Shown here in pieces: positions 57,886-64,000 of a stretch of DNA of 64,000 nucleotides. The notes below the pieces were generated by a model. It did no database searches, had not been told where the DNA came from, and was given only the letters and a program-made list of their open reading frames with translations. A program made the position numbers and the translations under genes. Each line of letters begins with the position of its first letter. The first letter of the stretch is position 1. Source of the DNA: Octopus sinensis (taxonomy: Eukaryota); contig NC_043002.1 of assembly GCF_006345805.1 (NCBI RefSeq), forward strand, positions 12,958,001 through 13,022,000, in the 5' to 3' direction.

Positions 57886-58177
57886 CTGTTATAAAAAAAA
57901 GGAGAAAAATATGAAATATAAATTTAGTTTTTACTGGATATTAGTTTCCTAGTTTTCAATGTTACATTCGATATACACACGCACACAGTTTTACACACGC
58001 ACAAGCACACACACATACATTCACAAAGACACGAATATATTTTTTATACAAACATATAACAATCACATGCAATAAACAGAGTTTCCCGGCAAGCCAGCGG
58101 GGTGAAGTTATCTCATTGACAGTATGATAATTTCACATCTGTGGTTGTGACTTTTCCATGTTTGTATCACATACATG

Positions 58178-58265
<88 letters not shown>

Positions 58266-58346
58266 ATAATAAATATTAGGGAATAAATCCAAACTTACAG
58301 GGAAAAATCAGATTTAGGATTGAATCCAATTTTATAGTAAAATATT

Positions 58347-58556
58347 ATATTATATTAAATTAGAGACAAAACCACTATTATGCAAATCAAACAAAGAAAG
58401 ACTTAAGCCAATACATAAATTAATTTATATTATTTAGAAATGTAACAATTATTAATAATTGTTACATTTCTAAATAATATAAATTAATGTATGTATTGGC
58501 TTAATTCTTTCTTTGTTTGATTTGCATAATAGTGGTTTTGTCTCTAATTTAATATA

Positions 58557-58560
<4 letters not shown>
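58347..58560. repeat. Near-perfect loopless palindrome with 107-bp arms (Penelope-like end duplicated in inversion)
   Basis: The centre is ACAATTATT|AATAATTGT at 58453/58454. The arms match the 18560-18660 family. Confidence 0.9.
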
Positions 58561-58589
<29 letters not shown>

Positions 58590-59382
58590 ATATATACATA
58601 TATGACAACACACGGATAACGGTTCACTCACTACAGCTGTTTCCAACGAACTTTTTATTTGAATAATGGAGATATTGCATCATGTGAAACAAAAACTGTT
58701 TTCATCAGGTGAATATACACGAATTACACATTTAAAACATTCCAAAAGTCATCAGTTTGTGCCACTTCAATATTGCCAGACTAGTAATAGTCAAAAGACT
58801 TGAAACTCGTAATTTATTCAGTCGAATGCAGTTAATCGTATATAAAACTGGAATAATAATCTGTCTATACGTCGGTATTTAACTATTTGTTACTATTGAT
58901 TTCGTAATATACACGATTCTCTGTATGCAACCCGAGCCGGTGCTTTGCTATATAAGTACTGAAACACATATGTATATGGAATATATATATATGTGTGTGT
59001 GGTGTGTGTGTGTGTGCGTGTGCGTGTGTGTAATATATATATTCCTCTATTTCAATGATATTGAGGTCTACTTCATTTGTTAAAGCACGCGTGGCTACAT
59101 GCAAGCATGCACACACACGCACACACATATATTTTTTAACCTTTGCTTTCTCTGGGACCTTGAGGTTCGCCTAACTGTTTATTCAACCACTTGGCTAAGT
59201 TGAAGTTGAAATAGCCATGAGCCGAAAGATGATATTCCAGACAAAATTAATGTTGTAAAATAAAATTATACTTTGCTATTAGAAATGAGAATTCCTCCCA
59301 AGTTTCTTCCTTCAACACGACTCGAAAAGGAATATATATATATATATAGTTCATTGCTAAACCTCGCTAAGATAAATATTTC

Positions 59383-59457
59383 AATCACCTGAAGATTGAC
59401 TGTAACCATAACTCGAATTATTAAGAATTGGACAGCCATGAAACGATCGTAGTGTTT
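59383..59457 (+). ncRNA. Type-I hammerhead motif (same family as 18500)
   Basis: TCAC-CTGAAGA(59389-95)-tTGACTGT..ACAGCCAt-GAAA-CGATCG-TA-GTG. Confidence 0.65.
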
Positions 59458-60248
59458 TACTCGTTATCTTTTATTAAACTTTTAATAATTTTGATATATA
59501 TTTAAAATAATATAAATTAATTAATTTTATGTATTGGCTTAAGTTTTTCATTGTTTGATTTGCTTAATAGTGGTTTTATCTCTAATTTAATATAATATAT
59601 ATACATATATATATAATACGCATATTTGTGTTAGGCTGTTCTGTGTACGGTGGTTGATGTTGAATTCAGAATCTTTATTCCCATCATGATAGTAAATTAT
59701 AGTGCATACATGAAGTAACAGCCCGAGGGAAAGGCACTTGAGTGTCTATTCGTGCGTCTTTGTGCAGGCGTGAATGAAAAGGAGTAGACCTGCGGTGAGG
59801 ATCAGACTAATATTCTCTCTCTCGATCACTCTTTCTGTCTCTCTCTCGCTCTCTCAGTTTTTCCGTGTTTGTACGGAGGCGCATTTAATTTGTGTGTGGG
59901 AGTAGCTGAATGGATGAGATTGTATAGAAATAATGCACCGGAAAAATATTCTAGTTGTAATGCAGTGCAATGTTGAAAATAGTCAATAAAATAAAATAAA
60001 ATAACGTCGATATGGGGGTGTGTGTGCAAATCGACGGTAAGGTAAATATTATAGAAAATACAAATTACTTAGAAAAACAATAATAACTTGTTTGTAAAAT
60101 GCAGACATGTCAAAAGGAAACAAATTGTCAATACGCCATTTTAAACTATATAATTATATCTGAACAAACCTCATAATGGAAACCGTTTAAGGATAATTAT
60201 TTTATAAAACCTGTACGAGCTGTGTGTAGGTTGGAGCTATTAATATAT

Positions 60249-60283
<35 letters not shown>

Positions 60284-60308
60284 CACATATGTATGCATTA
60301 GGTAGGTA

Positions 60309-60805
<497 letters not shown>

Positions 60806-61193
60806 TAATTTATGTTCGAAATCAAAGATTTTTCTGCAGTTACCTAGGCATCATTTTCCTGAACTAATGTATCTCGGATTACATTTTCGGATGTTTTATC
60901 TTTATTTACCAGCTAGTGAGGATATTTGATAGAAATATGGTTGCTACTTCTTGTATATTGAGTTCTTAACAAACAGGCATTTAAGATAGCTCGTCTGAAT
61001 AAGATATCGAACTTAAGTCTGTGTCATTGATATCATTTAATCAACTTCTCATTCTATTTAAATCTTGCCGCTTATATACATTTCTACTATTTATTTATAT
61101 TGATTTCAAATTCTGGCATGAAGCCAGCAATTTCGTGGTTGTAGGTAAGTCGATTACATCGATCCCAGTGATTAACTGGTAAATATTTTATCG

Positions 61194-61554
61194 CGTCCCC
61201 AAAGTCCATCCCCTCCTCACCGTGGTGGGGACGCTGGCAACGGGTAGTGTCAGAGCTACGCCGTCAGAAACTTCGGTTCCTGGTAGGGCCACCCAAGGTG
61301 GATTGGTCTGACACCGAGTGGTATTAGGACCACAACCCGGCAGACGGGGCTCTGGTGAAAATCCTCGGAGTGTCTGTTTCGGCAACCGGTGGCTCCTCGG
61401 TCGTTCTGCCCCTGCGTCTGCGGTCAATCTGCGGCAAACAGGATGTCTCTACATGCGGGATTGTTGAAATCCACATATTCCCACGAAACTTCTTCCATGA
61501 GTAGAAGAAGCCGACTCAACCCGCCCAGGGTGAATGTCGCCAAAAGTACAAGTA
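61194..61554. mobile_element. 361-bp GC-rich retroposon with a 15-bp target-site duplication, nested in a SINE
   Basis: GTAAATATTTTATCG at 61179-61193 and 61555-61569. The host SINE resumes on both sides. Confidence 0.75.
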
Positions 61555-61739
61555 GTAAATATTTTATCGATCTCGAAAGGACGGAGGGCAAAATTCGACC
61601 TCGGAGGAATTGAATTCAGAACGTAAACAGGGACGAAATGCAGCTAAGGATTTTACCCGGCGTGCTACCAATTCAGCTAATTCACCGCCTTCATTTATAT
61701 TTTCACTAAAAGGAGGGAAAACAAGAAAGTGAATGTTAC

Positions 61740-61946
61740 CGCTGTCTGCCATCTTGTTTGGTCGATTGGTACAATCTACTCTGGTGGGCCACATGCACAT
61801 TCGTTTCGTTGTATTGTAGAGAAGACCTTGTGGACACCATTTCACAGAAAGTGAAGTTCCTTCCCAGCATTCAACAAATCTTGCACAATCGGTAGGTTCA
61901 GGGTTACTTCCGTTCTTGTGTATACACCGGGGATCATTCTCAATAT
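61740..61946 (-). CDS. Gene A internal exon: CBM14 domain (207 nt, phase 1-1)
   Basis: ttttcAG acceptor at 61947-8 and G|GTAACA donor at 61739. Reads (D)IENDPRCIHKNGSNPEPTDCARFVECWEGTSLSVKWCPQGLLYNTTKRMCMWPTRVDCTNRPNKMADS. Cys spacing is 12-5-10-12-7. Confidence 0.9.
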
Positions 61947-62507
61947 CTGAAAAATATTTAATGTTTTGGTTTCAATGGTTATCCTTCAAAAACAAGCACA
62001 GTAATTAGATATATAAATTAAGAAGCAAATTTTCCGTCATTGACTGTGTATTGAAATCGAAATTGTAAAAATCTCTCGTTTCTTAAGAATATTGGAATAT
62101 TTACATCTGACGAAACAAACACAAAAAGACGTCAACGAATGAAGAATTAAGGAAATGTTATCCAGGCACGTTGACTAGAAGCTCTCTTTTCAACCCCGTG
62201 GTTTTCCGGTTTAGACACACTGTGTAGATCCTTAAGCACAAGTATTTCTGCTATAGCCCGGGGTCGATCAATGCCTTGTCTGCCCTCGACTCTTTTACTC
62301 TTTTACCCTTTTACTTGTTTCAGACATTTGACTGTGGCTATGCTGGAGCACCGCCTTTAGTCGAGCAAATCGACCCCAGGACTTATTCTTTGTAAGCCCA
62401 GTACTTATTCTATCGCTCACTTTTGCAGAACCGCTACGTTTACGGGGACGTAAACACACCAGCATCCGTTGTCAAGCGATGTTGGGGGCACAAACACAGA
62501 CACACAG

Positions 62508-62586
<79 letters not shown>

Positions 62587-62636
62587 GTATATATATAAAT
62601 GTATATATATATAAATATATATATATAATATATATA

Positions 62637-62685
<49 letters not shown>

Positions 62686-62750
62686 GGTCCCGGGTTGAGT
62701 CGGGGTTAACCACAGTAAATAAGGTACTCAATACATAGCAGAGTAAATTA

Positions 62751-62886
62751 ATTTATTTTGTAGAAGGAGCTTCTACAGAACTAGGACTGTTTCATTCAAA
62801 AGAAATCATCAGGAAGCTCATGATGATTTCCTGATGATTTCTTTAGAATGAAACAGTCCTAGTTCTGTAGAAGCTCCTTCTACAAA

Positions 62887-62892
<6 letters not shown>
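62751..62892. ncRNA. Palindrome made of two back-to-back type-I hammerhead motifs
   Basis: Minus 62819-62767 reads GAGCTTC-CTGATGA-TTTC.TTTT.GAAT-GAAA-CAG-TCCTAGTT-CTG-TA-GAAGCTC. The plus copy lies at 62827-62876. Arms are 62751-62815 and 62828-62892. Confidence 0.75.
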
Positions 62893-62920
<28 letters not shown>

Positions 62921-64000
62921 TTAGTGGTTTGTAGTTTAACTACTCTTTCTAGCGAGTCAGATGTCCTGTTATGGCCATCTCTTATGTGTTTAAATGTACA
63001 CTGTATTTTTATATACATATAAACGACGGGCTTCTTTCAGTTTCCGTCTACCAAATCCACTCACAAGGCTTTGGTCGGCCCGAGGCTATAGTAGAAGACA
63101 CTTGCCCAAGGTGCCGACTGTTTTTACTTTTTTGAAATCTTCCAGTAATAAAGAAGTTAGTTTCTAACAAAGATACAATGGTGCATCGTTGGAATGTACA
63201 TAGCAAAAACAGATTCATATTTTAAACTCGAGAGTCGTGCATATTTTCACTGTTGCGCTGACAGATTTTATGTGTTATGTACATGTTAGCTAATTGATTT
63301 CTTTATCTGAAAACCCTAATTTATCCAGTTTGTTTCTTAGGCATTTATTTACAAAACGATGTGCACTAATTATTATTAGCCTAAATGTGAATTTATAACC
63401 TGGATGTAGAAGCTGAAGGTGTCAAAGCTTTTGTCCAGAATTATCTTCTTTATGCACGTATGTTTGTGTATGTATCACTGTCCTGGAATATAGGCACTTA
63501 TTGGAATCAAGCACGAAGAGAATAATCCCCCAAAGGAAACATGCTACAAAGCATAACTCACAGAAAATGTTTGCCTGGATTTTCCTGGAAAGTTTTTGTA
63601 ATATAATCAGTGGGTTCCATGTGTCAGCTCTTCGAGCGACTGAACAAGTGAACATATTGTAAATACGCAACTGTTGACAGTGTAAACCGTGCCAAAACCC
63701 TGAGTGCTGTAATTAGGGTACATCGTTAAGGTTTTCTATCATCTATTATATATTAGAGTGTCCAGTTCGAAATTCTTTAAAGGAATGTCAGTTGTTATCG
63801 GCAGATCAAAATTAATTTGCCGCTTTTTATTTAAGAAATGGTTAGGATGATAGAATGGTTAACAATGAGGAATTTTTCTTTGAGACCGAAGTAGTAACAT
63901 CTAGAACCGCTTCTAAATACATGAATCCCTATTACATTTGACGCTTTCTGTGGTTTCAAAATGTGGTTTTATCGGGATGGTGGCGAGTACAAAGAGAGAG

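Noticed and set aside
63422-63670. Upstream exon of gene A
   Set aside because: No signal peptide or CBM14 pattern in any frame, and no convincing phase-1 donor.

Overview
AT-rich, microsatellite-dense animal genomic DNA. The SINE families and repeat landscape suggest an octopus or other coleoid cephalopod (inference from recognition, not a search). Almost all ORFs in the supplied track are microsatellite or SINE artefacts. The real host coding content is four short minus-strand exons, three of which I delimited or found outside the track. Each encodes one six-Cys chitin-binding type-2 (CBM14/peritrophin-A) domain. They form two tandem genes. Gene A has exons 61946-61740 and 57885-57677, with its 5' end not found. 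Gene B has signal peptide + domain in 39318-39039 spliced to 29606-29398, giving about 162 aa. The rest is mobile DNA: a full-length but broken DD34D mariner (47087-48337), R4/Dong-like and RTE LINE relics, and three tRNA-derived SINE families, one of which forms multimers with a fixed junction. There is also a local ~1.8 kb duplication with a direct-repeat element inserted in one copy. At least 8 type-I hammerhead-ribozyme-like motifs from several unrelated Penelope-like families are present, some in long fold-back palindromes.
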